Shown here piece by piece: positions 14,836 through 27,958 of a stretch of 64,000 nt of DNA. Source of the stretch: Eledone cirrhosa (lineage: Eukaryota); assembly GCA_964016885.1 (NCBI GenBank), contig OZ024743.1, forward strand, positions 45,198,001 through 45,262,000, read 5' to 3'. The notes beneath the pieces are model-generated. The model saw only the letters and a program-made list of their open reading frames with translations, had not been told where the DNA came from and made no database searches. Each line of letters opens with the position of its first letter. Within the stretch, counting starts at the first letter, position 1. A program made the position numbers and the translations under genes.

Positions 14836-15028
14836 ATAATTGTTTCTACTTTTGGCACAAGGCCAGCAATTAATCCAGTGCATTACTGGTACTTTATTTT
14901 ATCGACCAGGTAAAGATGAAAGGCAAAGTTAACCTCGGTGTGATTCGAACTCAGATCGTAAGGGCCCGTAACTCCATGCTGCAAAGCATGGCGTCCGACC
15001 CTCTACCGATACTGCCAATCCACCGCCT
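14836..15028 (-). mobile_element. tRNA-derived SINE, tail-to-tail with the previous copy
   Basis: Reverse complement of the 4367/14620 family over its full length. Confidence 0.8.
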
Positions 15029-15224
15029 ATGGATTTACATATAATAGAAACTGATCAATTGCAGATGAATTCTTAGTGTCTGCAGACATTAGTCGGTACA
15101 GGGATAGGCTAGGAAATTACAACACATTGTTATATAAAATATATAATTACTTTGCACATACATTCTAAGCTATATATATCTCCCCTCCCCTCTCTATCTC
15201 ACTCTCTCTCTCTCCCTCTCTCCT

Positions 15225-15304
<80 letters not shown>

Positions 15305-15490
15305 GTTTGTAGTTTGCTAGAGACATCGTAGTCTACGACAGGTGGATGTTTCTGGAAGCTGCAACAATGAAAATACATATGTAAACATTAAGTGCACCCA
15401 ATCTCACCTTTCTCATTCTTCCTCCGATTTTGTTATCTGAATCTTTACAACCCATTGAAGCGGCTTCCAAAATATATTCACTTATATACT

Positions 15491-15527
<37 letters not shown>

Positions 15528-15884
15528 ATATATATATGTGTGTTTGTGTGTGAGTGTGTGTGTGTGCGCGAGCGCGTGTGGTTATATCTGTGTATATATA
15601 TATATATATATGTGTGTGGCTGTGTATATATATATATATATATATACATATATACAGAGAGATAGATATATATGTGCCATAAGTGTGTCTGTATATATAT
15701 ATATATATATATATACACACAAAAATGTATACTTACCTTGTATATATACATACTCTTAATGATTGTAATTTATCATAAACATACCTTCAACAATTTCTCA
15801 GATTTTTTAATGTATAAATTTGTGTTTTTGTACGTGTGTGTGTGGTATGTACACGTTTGGATATATGTACATATATTTACATAT

Positions 15885-15928
<44 letters not shown>

Positions 15929-15972
15929 TGACGAAACATAAGTCAATTGCATCAACTCATAATCCTTTATTT

Positions 15973-16028
15973 ACTGCTATATATATTTCGATGATAGCCA
16001 TTGAATGGCTATGACCTCATCAGGCAGT
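15973..16028 (-). ncRNA. Minimal HHR motif
   Basis: Minus strand: actgc-CTGATGA-ggtcatagccat(tca)atggctatcatc-GAAA-TATATA-TA-gcagt. Confidence 0.8.
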
Positions 16029-16273
16029 TAGTCAGTTTTTAGATATGCCAGCTCTGTGTGTATAGTGTTGATGGTAAATACCAACCTACTACCATCTACA
16101 AACTGACCAATGAGAATCAAGACTATTCCTGCTGACAACATCAAAATATTCCGAACAAGCTCATATGTCCCAAGGCTCTGATACCATCAACACTATATAT
16201 ATATACAAATGTACAAATGTGTGTGTACATGCTTGGATATATTTACATATATGTACATATATATATATATGTA

Positions 16274-16350
<77 letters not shown>

Positions 16351-17257
16351 GTTATTCCGGGTTGAATCGGAGGTAACCACAGTAGACCCAAAAAATATTT
16401 TAATGAAATCTTTTGGTTCCTATAAACACAGACTGGAGAAATCTGGTTTAACCAACTCAATAAATGACTTTACATTTAGATTTCTTCAGTTCGCAAGACG
16501 AAAGCGAATACTCAGTCCTACTGCTTTGAAAAGGAAGTGTTAAAACAGCTAAGTTTAAACACCCAGGAATTGAATACGACAGTTTCTATCGATATATTAT
16601 TGCAAACGTTAAATTATTTTTATTTGCAATGTGCAAATATACGATAATGTTGAAAGCAATTCAAATGCATGTAATGTTGAAATAATGCAATAAGTTGGAC
16701 AACTTTTGGTAATGGGGTTAAGAAGTCCACACAGAGAAACTGTGGAGTAAAATTTAAAATATCTGGTTTTAGAAAAATATATCTGGTTACAGAGAAATAT
16801 TAACAAAGAAAAAGCAACATGTGAATAACACGAGAGACTATATTTGACATTGAATAAAAGTCGTTAAAAACCAGCGGTATATCATCTGAAATTAATGATC
16901 CCATATCGACTGCTATGCCATGGAATTCAAGTCATTATAAAAACTTATAACCAAGGAAACAGAAAAAGAAAAGCACTACAAATCAGTGAAGCTAGTAGGA
17001 AAGCTTGCAATGATAAATGGAGATATCAAAGATAAATGTAGCAATATGATTTATTGAGGGGATGACATAACGGAAGAAATAATGATAAGGTTTACACAGC
17101 AGATCATAATCGATATGAATGGCGCTAAGATAAGTCAAAATTATGTAAGAGAAATGTAACCAGAGATAATCCAAAAATCAATTAGTAACCCCTATGTCGG
17201 TTTCCCTTATACTATGCGTATTTATGGATAACTTTGTGCTGAATGTATTTATAATAG

Positions 17258-17866
17258 AGAGCCCATGGAATTCTAATAAGACCTCCCCATTTGCATTCAT
17301 ATCGGGGTTGCCATTCCTTCCAATCACGCCATTCCAGGTCAGGTGACCTCATCCTCATTGAAGTCTCCCATTAGGATATATGACACATTCTTAACTATAT
17401 CTAACGTTTCATTGACTTCATCAAGGAAGGATCTGTACTCGTGCATTCTGTGTAGCGCATAAACTTGCCACAGAGGCATTTCTTCAGCCTAAGCTTCATT
17501 CTAACCATACGGACATATGGTTAAAATGTTTATGGAAATAATTGCTGGATATATTTTACGAGAAAAGCCAAATGCCTGGAGACTCAGAGGTTGACCATAC
17601 CCATGAGTTAGATAACGTTGAGGAGCTCAGTCGGTCTCGCTTCAGGATCCAACCAGATAGATCATTTGGAGACGGTTGCTTCTGACAGCACCTTCTGGAA
17701 AGCATGTCTGCTCCCAGGACTTGAAGAAGAAGAAGAAGAAGAAGAAGAAGAAGAAGAAGAAGAAGAAGAAGAAGAAGAAGAAGAAGAAGAAGAAGAAGAA
17801 GAAGAAGAAGAAGAAGAAGAAGAAGAAGAAGAAGAAGAAGAAGAAGAAGAAGAAGAAGAAGAAGAA
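17258..17866. mobile_element. RTE-clade remnant: inverted APE fragment, 3' end and (GAA)n tail
   Basis: Minus strand ~17260-17510 gives ILMGDFN..WNGVIGRNGNPDMNANGEVLLEF (APE). Plus strand ~17560-17722 resembles the RTE C-terminus and runs into ~48 GAA repeats (17723-17866). Confidence 0.6.
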
Positions 17867-18289
17867 ATTTTCTACTATTTTGATTGTATTACTCTTGTAA
17901 CGATTTCAATTATTAGAATGCGGCCATGCCAGAGCACCGCCAATATTAATTCGATCATATCAACCCCAATAATTTCTGATCCGCTCTTTGATGGAGAATT
18001 CCGAATTGTTTAAAAGTATTCTTTCTAGTGGTTAAGGATACCACTTTTATTTCTTAGCATCCATCTGATTCTAATACTAATTAGGAATCACGTTGCTAGG
18101 GCCATAAAGAAGAAGAAATGGAACCTGTAATACCCATATACATATGTATATGTCTCAAATCACATTTTGTTGAGCGAGAGAGAGATTTATCTTTAAATGT
18201 AAATAAATTAGTTATATTAATGTGTGTGAATATATCTTCCGCCAATGCAAGGATGTATCATGTGAAATTATTTCGTTTGCAGTTAAAAT

Positions 18290-18502
18290 ACCAAGTGTAT
18301 CAAAATGAGCCATCCGATTCCAAAAGCCTGACAGGCATGTAGAATTGTAAATAACTTCATTAAAAATTGATAAAAGTTATTAAAAAGAATAACAGTTCAT
18401 ATTCAGACATGTCTGTACAAGTTACTGCATAATTATTTGGTCATTTGTTTAAAAAATATGGCTTTTATGAAATCGGATGATTTTTATTTGATACAGCCTG
18501 TA
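18290..18502. mobile_element. Degenerate Tc1/mariner-type MITE
   Basis: Imperfect ~40-bp TIRs caagtgtatcaaaatgagccatccgattccaaaagcc / ggcttttatgaaatcggatgatttttatttgatacagcctg. Confidence 0.5.
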
Positions 18503-18819
18503 TTTAAAATATTTCAAATTGTACCCACAAAAAATTTAAAATCATAGAGTTTTCCAGTCGTCCATCTTTCCGTACCGTTAACTATCGACTATACTGCCTG
18601 ATCTGTATTTACGTCATTCCATTCATAAAATTCCAAATATTTGTATATATCTACTGGTTTTTCGACAATATTTAACAGTAATTACTTCGTAAGAAACATT
18701 TCCTCGATGTTCGGGACCGAATAGTTGGTTTATGAGAATAATAAAAAAAGAGAAAGAGGAGGAAGTAATTAAAGAAGGAAGAAAGGGAGAGATTAATCTT
18801 TATACTCTTAATACTCTTA

Positions 18820-21800
18820 GTTAGGAGGTACATATCAGATGCACACCAGCAACAAGAGGGCGAAGAACAACCAGAAAATCCCGTTGCAATTCTATCTCAC
18901 GAAGCTTCTTCCTCAAGCGAGATCCACCCTCCCGGTTTTGTGGAGTAAAATATCAGTCGCGATGGCACTTGGCTCAACAAGGAAACGGTCGGTCGAATTC
19001 CGGTATCTTATTATCTTCCACTCCTCTGCGAAAAGAGGGTGGATGCAATCCAAGCTCCCCAACCGTTGCTTTCTATCGGCACTTGTGTGGTTCACATACG
19101 CCGGAGCCAAGGTTCACAGCCAAACACTTATGCCAACAAGCAACGCTGGTTGAATGTACAACTAACACGAATATTATTCATTGTTAGTCCGCCAGATCGA
19201 ACATGCAATCAGCAACACGTGCTACATGCCGCCATATTACTAGGCTTTCTAGCAGCCAAATTGAATAGCAACAGACAGCAGCAATACACAAACAGCCACT
19301 TGAAACCACTATGCCAGTAAGAAATTTGATACCATATGTATGAACGGCTAAGGAATCTCACAGCCATGTTGATCAACATCAAAAGGCTGTCAATAATAAT
19401 ATGTCTGGCATTAACTGGGGAAATCAAGAGTACCTTCAGCGAAACTTTCCAAAGAGAAATTAAATCATGTATAAACATTTCTCTCTCGGAATGATATAGA
19501 ACAACAATATTAAACAAAAAGAAACTAGATAATGAAATTCAGCGTGCTATTAACGAAATTGGGAGTGAATTTTTACGTCGAATTGAAGCCCCTATATTTT
19601 GGCAAATCAAAGTCTATTTATATGCCCTGATAACATCAGTGAAACATTCTTTTGATGATTACAGAGATGTTAGCAAATTCAAAACACCACAATATTACAA
19701 AAGTAGAAAAATGAATACTGACATATGGAAAACTATAGAATACGTGATAATGCCCTCCTTACTTAACAAAAGTGAATAATAAAATAGAAAAGATGTTTGA
19801 AGAAAGTACAACCAGAACTCCTTAATACAAGCTGATCACCCTCAAACGAGAATTGAGAGTCGCCAGCGAGAAACTTCGATACCAGACGAGGGTGACTGCA
19901 AGAAAATAATTAATACAAGACTCAGCCTAAACCACACATCAGTCTATAGAGATATGAATGGCAAAGTAATAAATGTCACTGAGGCCCCATCCCAGAAAAT
20001 CAGATTCCTTCTGCAGAAAAATATGGGGTGAAGAGAAGGAATTCAACTAAGAAGCAGTATGGCTGAAAGATATCCAAAGGAACTACTGCCCCTAGACTAC
20101 AACAAAAATACACAGCATCTATGATGATACACTTGAGACTGTGATAGGAAAACTCCAAGATGAGAAATCACCAGGAAGAGACTTGATTGTCAGCTACTGG
20201 TACAAAATCTGGCATTCTGTCGGATGTATCTTATCAACCTCTACCAGCAAGCTCTCAACACATATACCAGAATAGTTGACATTAGCACAAACAATACTGG
20301 TCCCCAAGAAGACACCCATTTGGCAAAAAACTACTGACCCATTGCATGCCAAAACCTAATGTACAAAATGTATACAGCCTACCTGATCCTATATCTCCAA
20401 GATGAGCAAGCAGCTGAGAAGAGTGGTTTGGGGGGTTATGCTGAACAACTTCTAATTAACAGAACAGCGATGTCAGTGGTGGTACGGCAACATAGGAACA
20501 TGGTTAAAGAAAATCATTCGATTCTGTTCCACACTCTAGGATGAAAGACGTCACCAGACTTACTAAAGTGTTAGACACTATTATGAGAGTCATAGAGAAC
20601 CTATCTTCTACTTGGGCTACTATACTAAAGTTAAAATCAGAGACGAGAGGATCTATTTCCACTGATAAAATAGAATATCACAGGAGTATATTTCAAAAAG
20701 ACAGTCTCTCTGTGTTACTATTTATTCTGTCATTAAACCTCTTGTCCTTTCTGCTCAGAAATATGAAGGCTACATAATTGGCTCACGGAAAAACAGGAAT
20801 ACAAAGCTAACACATAACTTCTTTGAGGATAACCCGAAACTCAATGCTAAGTACATAAATAGGCGAAGAAAAGCCTTGGCCTGGTTACGACATTCTTGAA
20901 AGATATAGGAATCGAGTCTGGCCAGGATAAATGTTCGTATATGATTGTGAACCGAGGAGAAACTACAAGCCAATCTAGCAACATTTTTATCAATGGCCTA
21001 ACTGATTCACCGATATCTGACGAGAACTGCTACCGATATTTGGGATAGATGAGAATATATCCTATGATGGTATTTATAACAAGGAACTCGTAACCAAGAA
21101 ATATTGCTGCATCCTCTTAAAAAATATATGGTCATCTGAAATCTGCGCACATGTGATTTCTGTGCCTGTCCTAACACCAACATATATATACTCGATTGGA
21201 TGATAGATGAAATCCGAGCTATCGATGTTAAACGCGAAATATCCTAAACAACACCGGAATTTTCACACCGACAGAAACATAGACTGCCTAAACAGGGAGG
21301 AGACAGAGGCCTAACATCAACCCAAACAGCATTTGTGTGTCGCATCTTATCTCTCCAACAACATCTACGAACCACCAAACATAGGAGCCCATCTATTGAG
21401 CAATTCTGTCTACATGAAACAGATAAGATTATGAGAGTTAGGAAGGACCTCCTTGAGAAATATTCCCTGCATGATAATCAAAAATTCACACCCAGGGAAA
21501 TTTCCCAGCAATACCGCAGTGAATCAATGGATTAAAAGGTGCATGCTTATCAGCAAAAAAATCATGGATGGATGTGTTGCCATGAGGCTCCAAATTGGGG
21601 GTAATATATATAAGCGAAGTAGACTATCTTGGACCGACAACCACTATATTGGATATCAATTTGAAGGATACGCTTTTGCAAACCAAGAACAAGAAATCAA
21701 TACAGACTACCATATTCCCAAAAGGGATAGGGTAGCGGACACAAAGACCCAAATGTGACTACAAATACAATCTCTGTAGCTTTAACATGTCACCCATGCC

Positions 21801-22560
21801 ATAAGTAGTTGTCCAGAGATGTAATCATGGTACTATCTACCTATGAGGCATGATGTAGTCGCGAAAACATTATACAATGCAATCCATAGAAAGTATAGCC
21901 CCAACAACAAACATTAAAATTTACAGCAATATGGAGGACATATATATATACATAATATGAAAGAGTACTAGTGAAATGTTCCAGTCAAAACCCAAATATA
22001 ATGCAAGCATAACAAAACAGATATAGTGATACGAGACAGGGAAAAAAGGCATGCAGAGTAGTGGAAGATGCCAATATAATATTAAAGATTAACGAAAAAG
22101 AGAATATCTAGGCAGAACTGAGGAATCTGCAGATACTCCACCATGACTATACCCTAAGATTTATATCTGTGATTATTGGGGCACTGGGATATGTTACTAT
22201 CTGCCTCAGTATAAATCTTGAGACGCTGGGCTTCACTGAACCAGAGAGAACATGATTAGTAAGGAAGTTACAATTACAATCCATTAATGGAACAGTAAAA
22301 ATATGTAAAACATTCCAAAATTTCTGTTTGTGATAACAGCGTATGCATAGATACAAAACATATGCACGTGCACACGTATAACTCAAAATATACAGATCCA
22401 CACACACACACAGTAACATACATGCGTGCGTGTACGTGCATGCAGTTTACCTAGTTGATGTTGTCTAAATCCCAATGTAAGGGACTTGGGTCTAGGCTAA
22501 AACCGGCTCTCTCTCTCTCTATTGGTAAAAATGTATGAAATAATGAAACCAGAAAAATAT
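18820..22560 (+). mobile_element. Decayed RLE-type non-LTR retrotransposon, R4/Dong-like
   Basis: Frameshifted motifs in order: KSPGRD, NY.PIAC.NLMYK, IFQ.DSLS.LLF, YRYLGI, GGRGL, A.QEQ.I.T, H.IS.CP..RHD.V, HN..DIV, IIGALG, GTVKICKTF. 5' boundary approximate. Confidence 0.75.
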
Positions 22561-24347
22561 TACATACATACATTGTCCCGATTAGAATATTAATAAAAAT
22601 ATAATCTATTTGTTTATACTCATCTTAGAAAATGACATTATTGTAATTCCACCAATGCATATTGATTATTTTTCCCTCATATGTCTGTAAGGTGGCGAAA
22701 TGGCAGAATTGTAAGGACGTCGGATAGAATACATCTTAGTATTCATTCCGACTCTTTGCGCTTTGAGTACAAATACCACGGAGATCACCTTTATTTTTCA
22801 TTGATTCACGTTCGATAAATATAGTATCAATCCAGTATAAGGGTCGATTCTTCCTCTCTATCACCTTCTCTTTCTCTCTTTTCTTTCTTTCTTACTCTTG
22901 AAGAAGTCAGTTATGTTCAAACCTGGAGCAGGATGAGCTTAAATGAATTTTAAATACCCAAAGCTCCTAAACTTAATCAAGATTTCAGGGTTTATGAAAT
23001 TAATTCCGTAACCATTTTCCCATCTTCAATCAAATTTTTATAACTCGCCATTCTGAAAAGTATTAACGGAGCAGTTGAATCTATCTGTAAATGTCGATTG
23101 CTTTTAAATAAATAACAATTTCCCTCTACATAGATTGTGTATTGAGTACTTTCTATTCAACGGTGGCTATTTCTATTTCTATTCTATTTTCACCTTTTCA
23201 CCATATTTCTATCATATATATATGTAGGTGTGTTTGTGCGTGGGTTTGCCTATGTGTACGAGTAGGTGTGTACACATACATATGTAAGTATTCAGAAATA
23301 TAATATAAAACTATTTAGTTCAAAGTTTCATAATTCCTCTCTCTTTAATGTAACGTAATAGTTCTGCTGATATTCTTATATCAAATAAAACTGAACATTT
23401 AATTTATTTCAAGTTAACTTAGTAATCAAAGTTTTGTAGATATAATATTGGGAAATATATTTAAAGAGAAATGAGATGCTTCCGAATGCCAATACGCAGA
23501 AGTTTATTTCAAAAGAAAATGGTTTTAAAAGGTTAAGGAACCAGTTGATTTATTCTCGTCATAAAACCGGAACAGCTAAAACATATAATTTGTTCCGTCA
23601 AATAACATTCCTGTTCTTAGCTATGTCACATCAAATGATTTGAGCTCATTTATAACTATTGTGAAATTGTATAACTTGTTCAAACAAAACCAATGTTGAA
23701 TTAACGACTTACAATGCATATCGTCTACACTTTAACTTCAGTTTGTTATTTATATCTGACTTCAACACATTTGAAAAGGAATGTGTCGCGAAAAGTCATA
23801 ACTTGTCGACAGACTTAACTTACAAATGCTGTGAAAAATTGTTTTTATTCTATATAAAAGCTATTTATGCTTACTCCAGACTTCAAACTAAATTTAATTT
23901 CTTCTGAAGTGAATATAACCGACAGAGTGTCTGCCCATTTAAATATTTAAATATGTTCTAATAATGTCGGAAAGTCTTACCTTATTGTGTTTATGACTAA
24001 ACTCAATAAATTAGAATGGAACAACGCTGTTTTATATCCGTTATTCCAGATCTGTCCATTAATGATGGACTTTAAAATTTATAATGTATGATTTGTGTCT
24101 CCAAACACCTCTGGTGTCTCAACAGGGTTTTAAACTCAACAAGCAGTATCAAAACAACATTCACTGCCCATTGATTTATTGTATTTTAGTAAACCCATTT
24201 CATATAATTAAATTCACGCCAAAAGGAAAGTAAAGTACAAGAGAAAAAAGAACACTGTATAGTACTTTACGAAGAAACCAGCAATAAATAAATGTATGTG
24301 TATATCTCTATATATAAAGTTGTATTCCTGTTTCTTTGTTTGTTCAG

Positions 24348-24415
24348 GAACTCCTCCTATGGTTTTGGAGATAGACCCCCATAACCATATATATTCTGAA
24401 ATTACATTGACCAGG
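24348..24415 (+). CDS. Candidate small internal exon (TPPMVLEIDPHNHIYSEITLTR)
   Basis: Strong acceptor tttctttgtttgttcAG, open frame, donor AGG|GTACTT; unique sequence. Unverified. Confidence 0.25.
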
Positions 24416-24712
24416 GTACTTGGAAAAGTATATTTCATTTTAATGTAAGGGTTCTCCGGGGTCACAAAACCCCGCTGAAAATGTTTTCCCTTCGATTTAT
24501 ATGAAATTTAAACCATAGGTAAATGACAATATATGATGCCTAGTCACAAAAGTTTTGAATTGATATTTTGAAAAACATTATTTACAAGAAACAAAAAATG
24601 TTGATTTGATATATTACAAAAAATAATGTTTTCAAATTTTTCATACATTACATTTTACAGAAAGAACTCAATACGTTATTAGAATATAGACATTTTTATT
24701 TTATATAAGAAT

Positions 24713-24830
24713 GATATATACAGGGCTGGAACTGTTTCATTCGTATGAAATCATCAGGAAAATCTATCAGGACTTTCCTGATGATTTCATGCGAATGAAA
24801 CAGTTCCAGCCCTGTATATATGTAGAGACA
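24713..24830. mobile_element. Tiny fold-back (~48-bp arms) made of two opposed HHR-like cores
   Basis: 24713-24761 is the reverse complement of 24774-24822; each arm reads CTGATGA...GAAA-cag...ctg-TA. Confidence 0.6.
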
Positions 24831-24844
24831 ATTTCTGTATAATG

Positions 24845-24893
<49 letters not shown>

Positions 24894-25038
24894 AGGTTCA
24901 CTTTCCCTTTCATCCTTGCGAAGTCGATAAAATAAAGTACCAGTAATGCACTGGCATAATTGCTTGCCTTGTGCCAAAAGTAGAAACAATTATTTTAATA
25001 TGGTTTATGTATGTACAAATATATCTCTGTATTCTATT

Positions 25039-25114
<76 letters not shown>

Positions 25115-25139
25115 TTGTGTGTATGTGTATGTATGTATG

Positions 25140-27875
25140 TGTAGTGACCTACATTCCGCGGGCTCACATACATTCTCTGTGCGTGATTTGGCTCAGTTCA
25201 GCCAATCAGCGCCAGTAGAAGAGGATGTATCCCTACGCGCCCTGAGGAAGAAATTCCCCGCGAAGATTTGAAGAATCTCTAGCTTGTACCAGAAACTTCG
25301 AGCCAGCAACACGCATAATGTAACAGTGAGATATTGCACCCCTAGCCTCGCCGGCTTAACGGCGCAATGGCACATTCCCTTGTGTAACCTCTTTTTATCT
25401 GTTACTTCAACCATATAAATAAACATACATTTCATCTCTAATTACTGCTGTTGAAATCATTATTATGTTACTCGTGTCTCAATAACATCTATAATCCATG
25501 CTGCTGGAATTGGCGACCGGACGAAAGGAATATCGTAAATAGATGGTAAATAGATCGAGGGACCTTCCCTCACGTCTATGTCAACAAGATAATCCAACGA
25601 GGATACTATCACTTACCACACTGGCAACTAACGACCTTCAATCATCTACTCTGTTAAAGTAACGACCACTGATTCTACCACCCTGCTAAAGTGGCGACTA
25701 CTCTATAACCAATACTGCTAAAGTGGTGACCGACGTAAGAATTTAACGCAGCCCTCCTTTTTCATTCAGTTGAACTTTTATTGCCACGTTGCCAACCTTT
25801 TCGCAACTTGCGAAAATAAAAAAATATTCCTTTTTAGATTTTTGAAAAATTAGCAGTATTTCAAAAACTTTTCGCCACGAAGAAATTTCAAAATGGCTAC
25901 CGACAACTCCTGTCTACGATCAACAAAGACAGCAGCAGCAGCGACAACATTGTTTAGCCACTGACCAAAACAGGGAATAGTGAGTGGCAGCTTCATAGCC
26001 TTACCGACGCAAACCACCACACATCGGAAATTTCAAAACGGCTTGTAACTTTACCGACGCAACCACCATACCTTCTGTCTCGTTACCACAGGGACGCGAG
26101 AAATTGAGACAGTAGTTTTCTCACCATTATGGCGTCAGACGTGGGTGCCATGTTTGGTGACCGCTACTCTACAGAAGATTCTTTGACTTTGCTTTAACAA
26201 TAAGCAACACAACCTTATGCCACACAAGATGGCCGCGAAATCTCACAAAAACACCATACATCTAACCCCTAACGGCATTAACAAACTTCTTTTTCAGTTT
26301 TCAGATGGAACTAGTGTCTGTACACTGGTGATGTGTGAACTATTTGACTTTGAAAAACTTTGAACTTATTGAGCAATTTCTCTGCTCCCCTAGATTGACT
26401 TTGAATTATCAGTTTGTTACATTCACATATTTCTTTGTAGAATGCATTTAGGTGTTTTGTGCTCTTTTGCTAGTTGTTTGCTCATGGTTTTTGTTCATTC
26501 ACATTCTTTGCTGTTTTACATGCCTGCATATGCACACATTTTTTTTATCACACACCAACATGTTGTTCTTGGTATATGTTCTTCAAGCGTAATATTCTGC
26601 GAGTCCCTTTTCACCTGGTTGAGATGCTGTCACATGCTAGCAGCTCACAGAGCTTAATCCACTGGATTCAAACAGGCACCGCAACACAAGAATACTAATT
26701 GCAGCTGAACTCAAACAGCTTCGCATCTCGTTGCACACTGATCGTCCATGACGGCCATCCGTCTTGTTGTTTTTGCCCGACTCGCTGGGAAAGCAACACA
26801 TTGAACTGGACTTGTCAATATTTGAGCCACTTCTGTGGATTCGCCCGAATTATGGAATTTACACTGCAGCCCACCTACAGATTAAATTTGCCTTTTTTTT
26901 TTCTTTACAAAAAGCAACCAGCCATTTTTTCCTGGCTCCACAGCACATTCGACATCATTTTCTCGCCAGCACTGGTAAACTACCATAATAGCTTCGTTCA
27001 CAGCTACTGGTACAACGCTTACCATTAACATTTAATGCAAGAACAGCAACTTCGCCCATGTCAGACTTTATCTGTTTTCTGGTAGGCCCTTGAGGGTCTC
27101 GTTTAAACTACAAAACAGCTAGTCATTTGACAGCAGCTCAACACGGCCCGTCGCGCCTAATTTACTTTTTGTTCTTGCATGAATCTTTCTGCTCAATTAT
27201 TTTTTCACTGATGTGCTCTTTCAGCATTTGTTCTTGCTGATTCAATAATATGTGGGTCCTTGGTTTCTTGTTATCGATTTTCGGCTGAATATCTGGTTGG
27301 AGGTGATGTAGTGACCTACATTCCGCGGGCTCACATACATTCTCTGTGCGTGATTTGGCTCAGTTCAGCCAATCAGCGCCAGTAGAAGAGGATGTATCCC
27401 TACGCGCCCTGAGGAAGAAATTCCCCGCGAAGATTTGAAGAATCTCTAGCTTGTACCAGAAACTTCGAGCCAGCAACACGCATAATGTAACAGTGAGATA
27501 TTGCACCCCTAGCCTCGCCGGCTTAACGGCGCAATTGCACATTCCCTTGTGTAACCTCTTTTTATCCGTAACTTCAACCATATAAATAAACATACATTTC
27601 ATCTCTAATTACTGCTGTTGAAATCATTATTATGTTACTCGTGTCTCAATAACATCTATAATCCATGCTGCTGGAATTGGCGACCGTACGAAAGGAATAT
27701 CGTAAATAGATGGTAAATAGATCGAGGGACCTTCCCTCACGTCTATGTCAACAAGATAATCCAACGAGGATACTATCACTTACCACACTGGCAACTAACG
27801 ACCTTCAATCATCTACCCTGTTAAATTAACGACCACTGATTCTACCACCCTGCTAAAGTGGCAATAACATCTACA
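25140..27875 (+). mobile_element. Non-autonomous Gypsy-like LTR element (~2.7 kb) with near-identical LTRs
   Basis: Direct repeats 25140-25695 and 27307-27862 start TGTAG and differ at about six positions by eye. Purine-rich PPT precedes 27307. PBS-like tggtgaccgacgt at 25723. No intact ORF inside. Confidence 0.85.
25723..25737 (+). promoter_or_regulatory. Primer-binding site, tRNA-Trp-like
   Basis: tggtgaccgacgtaa resembles TGGTGACCCCGACGTGA, the complement of the eukaryotic tRNA-Trp 3' end. Confidence 0.5.
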
Positions 27876-27918
27876 AATAAAACCGTTAAAGTGTATCATA
27901 TATATATATATATGTATG

Positions 27919-27954
<36 letters not shown>

Positions 27955-27958
<4 letters not shown>

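Noticed and set aside
16349-16650. Coding-looking unique sequence
   Set aside because: No recognisable domain and no convincing splice-site pair.
17618-18013. Poly-Glu / poly-Lys proteins
   Set aside because: Translation of the (GAA)n tract.
25651-25730. Mini-CRISPR-like repeat-spacer array
   Set aside because: Only three 16-nt units, lying within an LTR end and resembling PBS sequence; reported as an LTR feature instead.
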